Below the pieces are notes generated by a model. It saw only the letters and a program-made list of their open reading frames with translations, was not told where the DNA came from and ran no database searches. Made by a program: the position numbers and the translations under genes. This document shows, piece by piece, positions 1 through 15,952 of a stretch of 64,000 nucleotides of DNA. Numbering within the stretch: the stretch's first letter is position 1; every line of letters begins with the position of its first letter. Origin of the DNA: the human T2T-CHM13v2.0 reference genome, Homo sapiens; NCBI RefSeq assembly GCF_009914755.1, contig NC_060935.1. One strand, 5' to 3'.

Positions 1-297
1 TACCCACCACCTCATCTCCAGATGCAGATCCTAATGTCCCAGACAGGACTGTTGGCAGGTTCCAAGTCAAGTGAAGGATAATTCAAGAGCCACAGTCCAA
101 TAGTGCAGGAGCCATATCTGCTCTATTTGCCATTGTATACCCAATCCTTCACATAGTACCTGGCACATAGGAGGTACTCCATAATTCTGTGACGGTTGTT
201 GAATGAATGCATGGATTTTGCATAACTATTCAGGCAAGAGCTTAGCTTCTGTAGAGAATTTGGTCATGATTGGATTCATTTGATCAGTGGAAGCAGC

Positions 298-343
298 CAT
301 TCCAGTTTACTATAGAAGTAACATTCCAGTTACTATAGAAGTA
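298..343. repeat. ~23-bp tandem duplication
   Basis: cattccagtttactatagaagta followed by cattccagttactatagaagta. Confidence 0.9.
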
Positions 344-1349
344 GATTTAGAACCTAATTTGGCCTATTGGCTACAAAAAGGGTACAGACTCTGAGTTGTA
401 GTGAGACTGCCAGTCTACCTGCAGGTCGATGAGGGCTCCTCCATCCTCCCTGGGCTGAGATTTAATAGTGCCTCTTTTTGCTCAGCCTGCTCTCTAATCC
501 TCAGGGTGAGAGATCAGTATGAACTGACAGGTCTGAGAAATCTTCCTAGGGGAGGAAGAAGGGTTTCCAGCTGCAAGGAGAGAGCAGCGTGCAGTGACAG
601 TGAGGCACCAGGATGTAGAACAATGCTGCCAGAACATATTCCCTGAGGTTTGGGAATGAACTTCTTCAAGGGCTGTGCTCCCTTTTTGATGGGTCCTAGT
701 GGGCCTCTGTGCTGGTCGTGACCGACTTTTCTTCAATGATCCAGTGGAGGCTGCAATGTATTTTGCTTAAAACTACAGCTGGTTTATAATTTTGGCCTCA
801 GACAGTAATTACAGCTGCTGGGGCTCCTTGGAGAGATAATTACGGAAAGAATTCAGCATATTCATTTTATCTACACACTTAACCATCAATTAAATCATTA
901 CCATCTAATCCTATTCCAGAGTCTAGAAATGTTCTGTGAATATATAATTTTGAAGGCACTGAAGTTTGTTTTCAGATGGTTTTAAGTGAAAAATTGCCCA
1001 ATTTCCATAGCCAATGGAGGCTTTCTCTATGAAAGCAGAGCCGAGAGTATCTCCTGGCTTGTGGTTGCTGCCTCCCTGGGGGCCTGCACCACATAAAGGG
1101 CCAAGCAGGAATGGATTGATAGGCGGGAGCTGGGACTTTGCCTTTGATCTCCCATGGAGTTTGTGATTTTCCAAAGCAGGATTAGCACTGGGACTTAGAG
1201 GTCAGTGGCTGGAGACAGACAAGAGGGTGGCTTGTTTTGCCAAGGAGCTTCCAGGAGAGTCTTCCCCTGCTGGGATTCTGCTAGGGCCCTGGGCTGTCAT
1301 CCACTTATCAAAGTCAGGATGGGGTCTTTTCACTTTGGGAACCCAGGAG

Positions 1350-1590
1350 AGAGTGTGGTATTTAAAAGCATGAGTGCTGGAGCTGGCTTCACTTTCTGGC
1401 TTTGCCATTTTTGAGTTGTGTGTCCTTGAGCAAGTTTCTAAATTCCTCTAAACCTCAGGTTATTCCACTCTTTAGCAACACAACAATAGATCCTACCTCA
1501 CAGAGCTGTGTGAGACTTAAATGAAAAAATGAATGTAACATGTTTAACACAGCATCTGGAACTTAATGGATGCTAGGTAAACTTTGATAA
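1350..1590 (+). mobile_element. MIR SINE
   Basis: MIR core: tgtgtgtccttgagcaagtttctaaattcctctaaacctcag...cctacctcacagagctgtgtgagacttaaatga. Confidence 0.7.
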
Positions 1591-3599
1591 TTGATATTAT
1601 TCAACATACATGTATGTACAAGAAAAGGAGAGAGGCAGAAGGGAGAAATCAAATGTCCAAAAATGTGCTTCAGCGGGAACCAGGGCCTCTGAAAGCATAT
1701 GTGGCATGGGCTGGGACTGCCCCTGGGCTTCACTGTCCAGCCTTGGACTCCACGGCTGCTCTCTGCTCTCTCTGACCTTGACTTCCCTTGGGGATGGTCG
1801 CCTGGGAACCTCTGACTGCAGTCCCCCTCTGTACCCCTCCTCCCTGACCCTACCCTCTCATGGCTCCAGCCTGGTGCTCCTCCAAAAACCTTGCTGCACT
1901 GCTGGTACCCTGAATATGCCTGTTCTCCTCCTACGCTTCCAACCATCCTTTTCTCTCTTTCTCATGGGCTTTCGCTGGCTGACGGTGGGATATAGTCATG
2001 CCTCAAGTTTCTGACCTAAGTCACTTTTTGTTTTTTTCTACACCACACAAAGCAGCATCTGGGAAGACGGCCCACAGGGATGCAACTGCTTCCTGGCCTC
2101 TTTCAGCCAGGGAGGCAATTTTTCTAATAGACAGGAGTCTTGGGCTGAATCCTCTTCAGACTGTTCCTAACACTGGAATCCCAGAGGCACTGTCTATACA
2201 GTGGGGCCCTGAGGAAGTCTCCTCTTTGTGAGCTGACTCTTCCAGATGGCTGCACTAGTCCTCTGGCCAGTGTTTGGGCTCAGACAATCCTACCCTACTG
2301 TACACGGTACGTGGCTCCTGTGCTGAAGTTACTAAAAAGCCCAGCTCTTGTAGCTGGCATAGAACTGGTCACAAGGCTGGCTTTTGCCCTGGCATAAGCC
2401 GCGTCTATGTGGGAGCCCCAAGCTGGGAACCAGCCCCAGGCACAGCATCAAGTCCACATGGCAGACTTGCCTGAAAAACACCCACTTGACCTTATAGTTG
2501 TGCCTATCACCGAGCCAAGGGCTGCAAAGGAAATGAAAAGCTCCCAACTGCTGAAATCATGGAGCTGGAATATCAAGTCTCTATGTTCAAGGATAATCAT
2601 GGTTATCGTTGGAAGGACTGTACAGTGAAGATTAATTTTTAACCTCCTCTGAGAGTTGTAAGAATTAAATAAGTTAATAAATGCAGAACACTTACAAGAG
2701 TGCCTAGTACCTAATGTGTGCTCAATGGATATTAGCTATTATTAGTATCATTATTATTAAAGGAGAAACCAGGCTTCATGAGGTTTATGGAGTCTTGGCC
2801 AGAAACACTGATTCTCCTGCTTTGAGAACTCTCAGGAGGGCTTACTCTTGGGCTGGTCCTCCTGTCCAGTGATCTCCAGAGCCAGTGACAACATGACAAC
2901 TTCCTGATCCCAAACATTAGCATGTGGTATACCACAGGTACCACAGGATGGTCTTTTAGGAACGTAGATCCTAGCACTTCCCAGAGCAAGGGAAGAAAAA
3001 GCCCTCCCTGGCCATCCCCCCCAGCCACTCTGCCTTGATTCCCTCAAGGGGAAGCAGGAGGGGATGCCCACAAGCTCCCTCTCCAGAGGCGGAAGACCAA
3101 TACCCTCATTTCTCCTTGCTTCTCCTCCCCTCCTCCTGGAGAATGTGGGTAGGTGGTTCCTGCCCTGCCCTTTCTGTCTGTGAGCCCACTTTGGTCCCTG
3201 GTCAGCTCCGCAGGCCTCCTGCAATCACTGCTGAATCATGAATGATCCACTGGGCAGTGAGGACCCAATCCCTGAGGGGAGCTTGGGAGAGAAGCATGGG
3301 ACACATCAGCATCGCCAGGGCTGTCCACCTCAGGGCCCAGAGGCATACATCCTGGTGCCCTTTTGCTTCACTATTTGCAGTTTGGCAACATGGAAGTGTG
3401 TGTGTCTGCAGAGCTGGTGAGGTCACTCTGTCTGATGCACCACTAAAGCTTTCCAATGTTCTGGAAGTGTCTGATTCGGGGTCTGATCAATCTTGCCCTC
3501 ATATCGCTGATTCTCTGAGCAGGGACAGATGTGGCCACCTTCCTGTACCATAGTGAATACCTCAGGGAACTGCCTGCCCCCTTCATGACTCACCCTGGT

Positions 3600-4235
3600 A
3601 CCTCACCCCAATTCTCCATCTTTCTCTCTGGCTCTCCGTGGCTTCCTTTTATAGGTTAGAACCCAAGTTCCTTAGAGGGCACACAGAGGCCTTCACAACC
3701 TGACCCCTCTCTATCTGGAGGCACAGCCCATCACTGCTTTTGAACATTTTATGCCCCGGCCCCAGCACACAGGCCACTTCTAGTACCCTGGCAACACTGC
3801 TCTGTGGTGCCACTTTGCTTTTGCTCATGCTGTTCTCTTTGTCTGCGATAGCTACACAAAGCTCCCTCACAAACATTCACTTCCTTCGAACTCAACATAC
3901 AGATAAACTTTTCTCTGTATATATATCTTTGTGATAGCTCCCACAATCCTATTTTGTAATTTTGTGTTGGTTTTACTGAATCAACTATGAGTTCCCTGAG
4001 AAAAGATACTGTATCTCATTCATCTCTGAATCCTGAGGCCATACAGATAACCTTTTCTCTGTATATATATCTTTGTGATAGCTCCCATAATGCTATTTTG
4101 TAATTTTGTGTTGGTTTTCCTGAATCAACTATGAGTTCCCTGAGGACAGATACTGTATCTCATTCATCTCTGAATCCTGAGACCATTGTGTAGGCCCCAG
4201 CGTACAACTAGGTGCCCAGTGTTGGCTGAATGAGA
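3600..4235 (+). mobile_element. L2 3' fragment containing a 144-bp tandem duplication (3896-4183)
   Basis: L2-type 3' end (gactatgagttccctgagg...ctcattcatctctgaatcc...ctgaatga). Two 144-bp copies with 7 mismatches. Confidence 0.7.
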
Positions 4236-5422
4236 GCAAGAGGGTGGGCTCAGCTTCTCATTTGCTCAGCATGAAGTGTGCAAATTCCTTCCTGACTCAG
4301 AAATTAGGGATCCTTCATTGACAGTCATTGTATGGTTTCAGAAGATTGCACGTTCAAATGTCTACACTCGAAAAAGCTGAATGAAAAACACCCTCACCAA
4401 CAGCATCTCATGTTTTGCCTAACAGCATGAGCTCTGCCTCTCTGTAGGGGCTTTAAGCAAAGCCTTGACAGTCTGCAAGGAGAGAATAACCATGGGGCTC
4501 GGGGTCCCGTGAACTTTGGGATATTTCACAAATATCCTAAATATTGTTGAGACAGTCTAGTGACTTTGTGAAACTGAGGAGAAATGGGGAGGCCTTCTCT
4601 CCGAAGGGCTTCAGAGCCATCTGGTTCTATCTGGGATTTATTCTGAATGCAGCCTTTACAGTGAGAGGGCGCCACACTCAGGTGCAGGGATCTGGCTTGA
4701 GACTTGGGGAAAACATCATTGCCTTTGATGGCGCCTGCTAAAAGCAGTGTGGACACAGACACCTCATGCACATCTTCTCCGTTCAGGGCTCCAAATCCCT
4801 GCTGCGGCTCGCCTCAAGGCGGAACGGGGTAGCAGCACACACCTCCTGTTCCAAGGAAGACAGCATCTGCTGTGAGTGTGCCGCTTTAGCAAGATGACTG
4901 TGCTTTATTGATTGCAATTTCATGCTGCGATTATGCACGTCAATCTACGCTGAAAATGGCAACTGTGCCCCCTGCATCTCCGATGTTGTGTGGTGTGTGG
5001 TTCTGTTTTCCAGACATACTGAAATAGTTTGAAAAAGTGGCAAAACCTGCTCTACAGAGCAAAAAGAATTATCTTAAAATAACTCACTTTTCATAGGCCT
5101 TCAAACGTCATTCTTTAGCAGGGCCCAATGAGTGAGGGGCAGGGTCTCTACAGCTTCCCCAGAGACCTGAACCCCTCTTTTCAGTCGTGGCTTCACGGTG
5201 GATGGGTCATCACTAAGGATGAGAAGGCTGCCAGGCCCAGTTGACTGGGGTGGGGCAGATTCAGGGCTTGAGGTGGAAAGGAAAACTGGGAGCAGCAGGG
5301 GCTTAGTCTTCACAGAATGAAGGAGGGTGGCCAAGGGTGTTGCTGATGGAACCAGGGAGGAGAAGCCAAGACTCAGAGGGTTATAAGAAAGTGGAGGAGC
5401 AAAGGCATCAAGGAGCAAAAGA

Positions 5423-5710
5423 GGTCAGGCATGGTGGCTCACACCTGTAATCCCAGCGCTTTGGGAGGCCAAGGTGGGCGGATCACTTGAAATCAGGAGT
5501 TTGAGACCAGCCTAGACAACATGGCAAAAACCTGTCTCTACTAAAAATACAAAAATTAACCGGGCATGGTGGTGGATGCCTATAATCCCAGCTACTCAGG
5601 AGGCTGAGGCACGAGAATTGCTTGAACCCAGGAGGCAACAGTTGCAGTGAGCCAGCCTGGGCAACAGAGTGAGACTCCATCTCAAAAAAAAAAAAAAAAA
5701 AAAAAAAAAA
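5423..5710 (+). mobile_element. AluS with 21-nt deletion in right arm
   Basis: Alu dimer with A-tail. TSD ggagcaaaag at 5412-5421 and 5712-5721. Confidence 0.95.
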
Positions 5711-6589
5711 TGGAGCAAAAGCGACAACCTTGCCAGGCCACCCTGAGGTGCATAGATGCATGGAATGTGAGGGACTAAGTGGCCTCTTGAGAGTGCTACA
5801 AAGAAAGTGTTGTGACTTCAAAAGAGAACCAGGATTCAGTTGAAGTGAGAAAGTGGATAGAAAGTTTACATGAAGGATTAAGGATGTAGGGGAGGTAGGT
5901 GTGGAGCACCAGAGGAAGGCTGGAGACAGTGGAAGTGGGGGCTGGTTTGGAGAAGGGGAAGTACAGGGCAGGATATGATGACAGTAGGGACAAGAAAAGC
6001 AACTGGACTGGGGGTGTGGAAAGCACAGCCTGCCAGGTTTGATCTCAAGGGGCAAAGTCTGCTTCACCCACAGGAAGCAAGGTGACCAGGCTATCCTAGA
6101 AAATAAAGCCACAGCCATCCTCAGACCAGCTGTTCTCCTAGAGTTGTTTGAGAGAGGGCCTGAACTGTAACTCCTCATGTACCCATTTATTCGTCCATTC
6201 CCCAGTGTTTGTGAGCATTGGGTCTGGTGGGCCCCTGCTCTTCCCACCACCTTAAACCCTCTCCTGCCTGCCCAACTACCACCCCCTCCCCTGTGCCCAG
6301 CTAACTTCTCAACTCCTGTCTGCCTTCTCCCCGATGCCAGTCATTGCCCGCCTCCCAAGCAGGCATGCTTTGCCTGTAATATGATCCCTCCGATGAATAA
6401 TAATCCAATGTTACATTTTCTACTCTATCCAGACCACTGTGCTCAGTGCTGTACAGGCATCCCCAGTTTAACTCTCACCCTGTGAAGTAAACAGTTTTGT
6501 CTCCCCAGATAAAAGAAGCTGAGGCTTAACTAATTTATCCAACATCATGAGGCAAATAACTGGCCGAGCTATCAGATTAAGGTAGATGG

Positions 6590-6950
6590 TATTATTTCTT
6601 CATGGTTATATGCCCCAGCACACTCTTGTCAGGGTCTTGACTCCAATGACTTAGGACTCGGGCCTGGGATTTGCTTCAATCAATAGAATATGAAAGGATG
6701 ACAACATGCCAGTTCCACATGTTTCTACTCACCCCCTTGAACTTTTAGCATCTGTCATGGGAATAACATGCGCTGGAAGACGGGGGCTTCTTCAGCTCGG
6801 TCCTGGAACAAGAAGACGCAGAAGTAGATTTCTACCTGTCTGGCAGAGCTGCAGCCAACCACAAACTCATCAGCAAGAAATTAGTGTGTATTGTTGTAAG
6901 CAACTAAGATTTGGAGTTGTTATTGTAAGAAAAGCTGACAAAATACAGAT
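6590..6950 (+). mobile_element. MLT1-type MaLR LTR
   Basis: Diverged MLT1 3' signature tattgttgtaagcaactaagatttggagttg...aagctgacaaaataca. Confidence 0.6.
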
Positions 6951-7839
6951 TTAAACTCACAGTGTTCCTCCATCTCTGCCTGTTGGACATAGCTACCAAG
7001 CTTATTCGGGTCCAAATGCGGACTTACTTCTCTCCACCTCTTAGGAAAGGCTTTCTCTCTTCATTATTTTATCATCAAGATGAATCTCACAACCTACTGG
7101 AATTCCAGTTTAACTCTTCTTTTCCTTCTCTTGCCCTCTCCCTGGAAAAAGTTTTACACATGCCGACACATGTCAGCAAACCTCTCAACCTCACATCTGT
7201 GCTGGTCAAGCGGCTTTGAAGACACAGCTATACCAGTCAGAGCACAATCAGTTTCTGACATGGTCAGTGTCGGGATCACACAGTAATGCTGGTTTTAAAA
7301 GACTTTTCTTTCTCAGCTGTTATTATTCAGCTCACTTAACAATTAAAACTAGAACAATGCCTTAGAATTTTTAAGAAAATTCTTTTGTTTCCATCCTGCT
7401 GGCACCGATTCGTCATCCTTTATGACTTCACATTCCCAAATGATTTGTGATGTAGGTTTTTTGCTAATGTACTTTCAGTTGTTTTGCTTCTGATGTTTCC
7501 TCCCCACCTAATCAAATGCTTCAAAATAACCATAATTTCTAAACCCAGTAGGACATAGGACATGCACTGAATAATATGCAGTAAAATTTATTAACAGAAA
7601 GCCCTTTGTTTTTAAAACTCTGAAAGCTAATGGAATACTCTTTTTTACTTTAGAAGGCATGCTGTGTTCTGTGTGGTTTTCCCACAGATGTGTTTTTAAA
7701 TGTTGCATTCTGTTAAGACTAAATGTTGTATTTGCAAAGATTTTACTCCCCCAAAGCAGAACATAATTTCCCTCGCTATCTTAGCTTGAAAAGGCCTGAA
7801 GTGAAAATGTATGACTTTGCTTATGCAGCTTTTCTTCTC

Positions 7840-8240
7840 CTCTTCAGATAAAAGAACCACATTTTCCTTTGAGGACTCACCCCTCTTCCCCCTCTAACCA
7901 TGTGGTTTGGGTAGAGGCATCCACATCCTCAGCTCCAGGAACGTCTTTGCATCTCCCCAGGCTTAAGCCCAATCATCACATTCAGGGATTGGTTCGGGGT
8001 GAGTGTGTGACCCAATTTAGGCCCAGGAATTTTGTTGGAACTATCCGGAAAAGTCACATCTTTCCACTGGACTTGAAGCTGTGAGGATGCAAATGTGGGG
8101 TTGTTGGCTGCTATCTCACCATCAAAATAATAGAGTGCACTCCGGGATGGAGTGAAACAAAAGAAAGCATACTTGAGAAGTAGAGAAGGTGATAATGAGT
8201 CCTGATGACACTGTCTGAACCTCTGGATCCAGCTGTGCCT
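7840..8240 (+). mobile_element. MLT1-type MaLR LTR fragment
   Basis: gtgacccaatttaggcccagga...gagtcctgatgacactgtctgaacctctggatccagctgtgcctgaa is typical of old MLT1 elements. Confidence 0.55.
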
Positions 8241-8471
8241 GAAACTGTTTCTTGCAAGGGACTAGCATGTACCTCATGACCGACAACAACAAATCTGACA
8301 TTGCTGCTGGTTGGATTCCAACTCTAGAGAAAGAGATAGCTAGAAAATTAGTCTGCACACACAAAAGCAGAGAAAAATACACAAAATACCCAGTGGTTAA
8401 TTTTAAAATGTGAATGAGCAATCAAGGGTCACTAAGTAAGACAGAACTGACAGCATTACAGGTTTATATTT

Positions 8472-8474
<3 letters not shown>

Positions 8475-8508
<34 letters not shown>
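8475..8508. repeat. (AC)17 microsatellite
   Basis: Perfect AC run. Confidence 0.97.
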
Positions 8509-8510
<2 letters not shown>

Positions 8511-9152
8511 AGGAAAAACAAACAATGATAAGAAATCAAATTCAAGTGTAAAATAAATCAAAAGTATAGTAATCTTAAGTAATTAACATCTAGAAAATCT
8601 ACTCACAAGCACTTCTGCTTGTTGCCACATTGGCCTCAAGTATTAGATAAGAATGTCCTGGCTCCCAGAGGCCTTCTCACTCCTGATTCTGTTCCCTGCA
8701 GTTCTCCTCACTCAGAAAAGCTGCTCTCTGACTCTATCCACTGCTTCTTTCCCGCAGAGGTGTAGGTACGTAAGTTGGGGCCATTTCAAAGGCAATCTTC
8801 TCCCATCCTCTTGTGCAATGTCTTGAGAGGCTGCTCTGAAGAAGTTCTAATTTTTGACAAAGTTTTGCTTCTATACGGTCAAAATGATCTCACTGGGGTT
8901 TCCACATGTTGCTCCTGGTCTGTCCATTAGGACAGCTCTGAACGTCCCCTTCCCTTCCAGAGTGCTTTTGTTTTTATTTTTGCCTTACCCATACTCCTTT
9001 CAGAGAGACTGGTCCTTAGAGCAGAACATAAATTCCATACAAGATAGCAATGGAGCCAGTTGCCCAGAGAGCTTTGAACGGGACAGTTATCACACCCTGA
9101 GTCAAGTAGAATGCTTTGGGCTTCTAGGAACAGAAAACCTAACTCAAACTCC

Positions 9153-9441
<289 letters not shown>

Positions 9442-9468
9442 CTGAAACTCCTTTAAAGAATAAAATGA

Positions 9469-9628
9469 GGCCGGGCACCGTGGCTCATGCCTGTAATCCC
9501 AGCACTTTGGTTGCCTAAGGCGGATGGATTGCTTGAGCTCAGGAGTTCTAGACCAGCCTGGGAGACATACTGAGACCTCCGTCTTTACAAATATAACAAA
9601 AATTAGCCAGGCATGGTGGCGTGCCCAC
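9469..9628 (+). mobile_element. 3'-truncated AluJ-like element
   Basis: Left monomer, A-rich linker and start of the right arm. Confidence 0.88.
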
Positions 9629-9764
9629 TATGGGGAGGAGTGGGTACTGTCAGTACAAGCTGGGAAGATACTCCAAAGTGTTTCTGTAACCCCTAGGAGC
9701 CAGCCATTGGCTTATCTATCATCAGTTCCCATGACCATCTTCAGTTGTCCTGGTCTCTAGCATG

Positions 9765-10250
9765 CACACATTCATTCAGCCAGTGTTTACTGAGCCCCGC
9801 CATATGCCACATGCTATTCCCAACACTGGGAATAAGGTGTTGAGCAAGGCAGTGAGTGGGGACCCCTGCGCCGTGGAGGTTGCATTCTGGTGGAGGGAGG
9901 CAGGCAAATTGCATACAGTTGAACAGAAAATAGGTCATCACAAGCTGGACGATGCAAATACAAAGGCAAGATGTGACAGCAGTGATGGGGCACTCCTTTG
10001 TGCTGGGTGGCTGGGGAAGTCCCTGAGAAAATGACACTTTCCCTGACTGACCAGAAGCAGACAGCCAAGCAGAGGCCTGAGAAGTGCATTTCCATCACAG
10101 AGCAGATGGCCAGCATGCATCTCTGGAGCAAGGACCAGCGTGGCCTGTCCAGAAGTAGAGAGGAGGCAGGTGTGGCCAGGACCATGAGCAACGAGAGGTA
10201 GAGTTGTAGGAGAGGAGGCCGAAAGGGAGTCAGGCCAGGGCGCAGAGGGC
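9765..10250 (-). mobile_element. L2 fragment
   Basis: cattcattcagccagtgtttactgagc (antisense L2 3' end) followed by the purine-rich L2 body. Confidence 0.65.
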
Positions 10251-11620
10251 ATGGCCCCTAAGTTCAGATCTCAGTCGCCCGCCTCAGGAGCACCAGGGAA
10301 GAGGCCTTAAGCCCAGTCTCCTTCAGCAGGCACCCTCTGCGGTCTCCTCTTGTTTGACAGGCCAGAGGCTCCCAGCTGGCCAAGAGGGCTCAGCTTCCCC
10401 ACAGGGCAGGATACCAATCCCTAAGTCCAGGTGAGTTGCCCCTTTTCTGACATTGCTGCTCCCCAGTCACTTTTCTTTCCTTTCCTTGCTACCTACCTGA
10501 TTTCCAGCCCTTGATGAGAGTCCAAGCCTCCAGCTCCCAGAATCACCCTTCATTTTAATACTCAAATACCCTGAGTCCCCACCCTTTCTCTCTAGCCCTT
10601 AGTTGATGTCTTCCTCCCATTTGTCTCTGCAGTGGCCTGAGGAATGGTCTTTTTTGCATCTCATGATTCCAGATGATGCTTACCATTTCTGCTCTCTGCT
10701 GCACTCCAGGCTTCTCTACAGCCATCTTTAGAGGCCTTCAGCTGCTTCTCCCAGCCACCATCTTCTCCCTGCCCTATCCCCACATCCTATCCCAAGCACG
10801 GACACAGTCCCTTTCCCCATTCCCCCAAAGCATGCAAATGCCAGACTATAGCATTTAATGAAGATTTCCTAAGGGCTGGGGATAACACGAGTGAGGACAA
10901 TGCGAGTAACCGAAATTAAAAATTCTATAGCCAGGGAAAGAAACATCCATCTAATATCATAATTGTCTCTGCCAATAGGAAACTGCCTACGGGGAACACA
11001 TTTTACATTGTTATGCAGAATAACACAGCCTCTCATTCTGAGATTGGACCTGGGCATTACCTTTAATAACCTAAGGCCCCTGATACCTCCCCAAAGAGCT
11101 GTTTCCCCAGCACCCCAGCACACTGTCTTGCAGGTGGTTTCTTCACTAGGGTGCCAGGATGAGGAGATGTGTGAAGCTAAAGTCAGCTCGAAGTCAGCTT
11201 TCTCTTCACTCACCAAGTGGTGAGTTTGCCTGGAGGAGGCTTCTGTTTCTAAGTCACACAAAGGCCCAATGCTAACAGCATGGCTGAGAGATACATGCCG
11301 TGGCCTACTATCAGCCACAGTGTATAGAGGACAGCAGATACACAGATGAGAGAAAACGAATTCAGCTAATAGGTTTTATTTGTTTTGACATTGTGAGTAT
11401 CTTTGAGATGAAAAGCTAATAGTTGGAATAGTGCCAAAAATCTTAATATTATTAATAACATATCAATAAAAGCCTCTAAACCTTTAAGGATAAAAGAAAG
11501 TTTCTTATCTTGTATCCTCTTTTCAAACACATTTAAGGGCCTTTGTTTCTGTCTCTTTCACTGAGAAAAAAAAAAGCAAGCTGCAAGACAATACATTTTC
11601 TAAAATTAGCACACATTTAA

Positions 11621-11999
<379 letters not shown>

Positions 12000-14394
12000 C
12001 ATTTAAGCTAATTCTGAGACTTTTTCCCAAATAGAGAAAAACACATCTGTAAATCACCATTGGAAAAAGAAAGGAGAACGTGAAGGTCCTGGGAAAGGGG
12101 TGAAGGCCCCTGCTTGAGGACTTCATGGGGTTGGTACTTAGTCCCTCATGGTATCACAATAGGCTATGCATTCTACAGCTGCTCTTTGTGACCTGTGTAA
12201 ATTCTGGGCAAAAATGGCCTTTCCCTGGGTCATGTCTGCTAAAGCAAGTATCACCATCCAGTCAGATGGGGCTGATCCCAGCAGGTGCCCAAGAAGGAAG
12301 TCACCCACTGTCTAAAAGTCCTACATAATCTTCCGGGTTCATTTTAGGTGCCACCTCCTCCATGAAGTTTCTAGTGAGCAATGCCCCATTTGGAATGAAG
12401 TACTCCCTTAATAGTTTGATTGTATTTAGATTGTATTTGATTATACATTTACCACTTACCACCTCTCATTTTTATTTTGTAGTTAGTTGGATACATCTGT
12501 CTTCTCTCCTGATGTGAACTCTTTAGGTCTGGGGTGTAGGGTCTGTCAGTACCCACTAAATTGACTATTTTTAGTTGATTTGGACTTACTGCAGACCTTT
12601 TACTAAACATGGCAATTGAGCTTTTGCTCTCTGATCATGGAGAAGTTTCCAGTATGCAATAGTCAGGAGGCAGGAGGGGGCTGGTCAGTGTGTAAGTACT
12701 CAAGGGAGGATTAAAACAAGGTGCAGTCTGCACACAGCTCCTCACAGTGGGTGGAGGCACCCAGAGGAGAGAGGCAAGCTGCCTGCACATGCAGCAGGCT
12801 GGTTACACCTCCCTCCAGTGTCTTCCCCATGTCAGGCAAATGAGAGCTAGAGGACCTTGGGATCTTGCTCTTTAGCCAGAAAATGGCCACCCTCCATAAG
12901 TGGTAATGGTGATATCCTGAAATCAAGTTCACAGGTGAACAGATCTAATGTCCATTTTATTGTTCACTAAAGTTTAGGGTCAGTTGAGAGTGGGTGATAA
13001 ATATATGACTCTTCATTCATTATCTCTTTGGTATTTATATTTTTGACTTATTTTTTCAGAACTCCATTGGTCCCTATTCAGGAAATGCTAAATTTAAACA
13101 GCCCCGTCCTGTTTTGGGACCAGCCACCTAGAGTTCTCAAGTGCTAAAGGCAACGACCTCCTTCCCATCTTCACTCACCAGTAATTCTACAGGGCCAGGC
13201 TCAGTGAGATCTGTCAAGGGAAGAGGGGTGCTTCAGCTGATCCCATACTATCACTCAATTCTGGTTTTCTGACTCTCTTGTTTGTTCTTCAATCCAACCT
13301 CTACACTCCTTCAAGTACTAAAGTACAAATCTGAGCATGTAACTCTCCCACTTAAAAATCCTTCAATAACTGCCCTTCATTCTGAACAAGATCAAGATCG
13401 AGTTCCCTACCTTGGCATTCAAGGTCCTCTGCGACCCTGCCTCCATCTCCTCCTTATACTTTGTGTTGGGGCCACACCTAAAGGCTGGTGGTTCACACAG
13501 TGCTTTCTATTCACCCCCATGCCCTTGCTTCTGCTTTAACTTTTTCTTGTGCTGTCCTTTCAACCCCTCTTTTCCTGCCTAGATCCAGCCTGTCTTTTTA
13601 GCATCTAATCAGTTGTCAGCTTCTTCAGGAAGCATTCTGAAGATCCTGTGGTATGAGCTAAATGCTTCTCGTCTGTGCTATCCTCTCCTAGCACCCTGTG
13701 CCTGCCCCTGACATAGCATTTGGTGCCACTTGATATTATCTGTGTGTGTGTCATCCCCAGCACCTCCCACTGCTCCTTGAGAATGGGCCTAAGTGTTATT
13801 CATCATTGTATAACAAGCACCTGGCAAAATCCCTGGCACAAAGTCAGCATTGAATAAGTTCTTGTTGGACAGAATTTCAATTTCTTCTGTCTTACAACTT
13901 GTAAAATGATTTTTACAAGTTTTACTTACTGATTTCTTAGATAAATTCTCCATGTCAATTTTTCTTCAAATCTACAGGCATAGTGGTTCTATTAATGCAC
14001 CAAAGCAACTGAGAACTAGCTCTGAATGCCAAAGAGCCAGGCAACACCCATGAGAATGAAGACAGTGGCAGTGAAGGTCCCAGTCATCATCTCAGATGGA
14101 TTTGCAGTGTCATGAGGGCTCAAACAGTTCTCATAAAGGTCTTTATAAGAGACTTACCTTAGTTTAAAAGGCAGGTTGGGAAACCCATGACCATTTCCTC
14201 CAGAAAGCACAGAATTCCTGCAAGCCTGGGGTCACTATTTTGGCTGCCATGCTGTCAGCTTATCCCAGCAATCTTTCAAGGTGCTTCACTGTATGGCATC
14301 ATTTGCTGTATTGTAAGACTTCTGTTCAAGTAAGAATCAATCAAGCTTCCTTTGAAACAATCACTTTGCATAAGGAAATGGGAGTTTCAAGGAT

Positions 14395-15950
<1,556 letters not shown>

Positions 15951-15952
15951 GT

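Noticed and set aside
5483-6250. 255-aa minus-strand ORF
   Set aside because: It runs through an L2 relic and an antisense Alu, giving a typical Alu-derived peptide.
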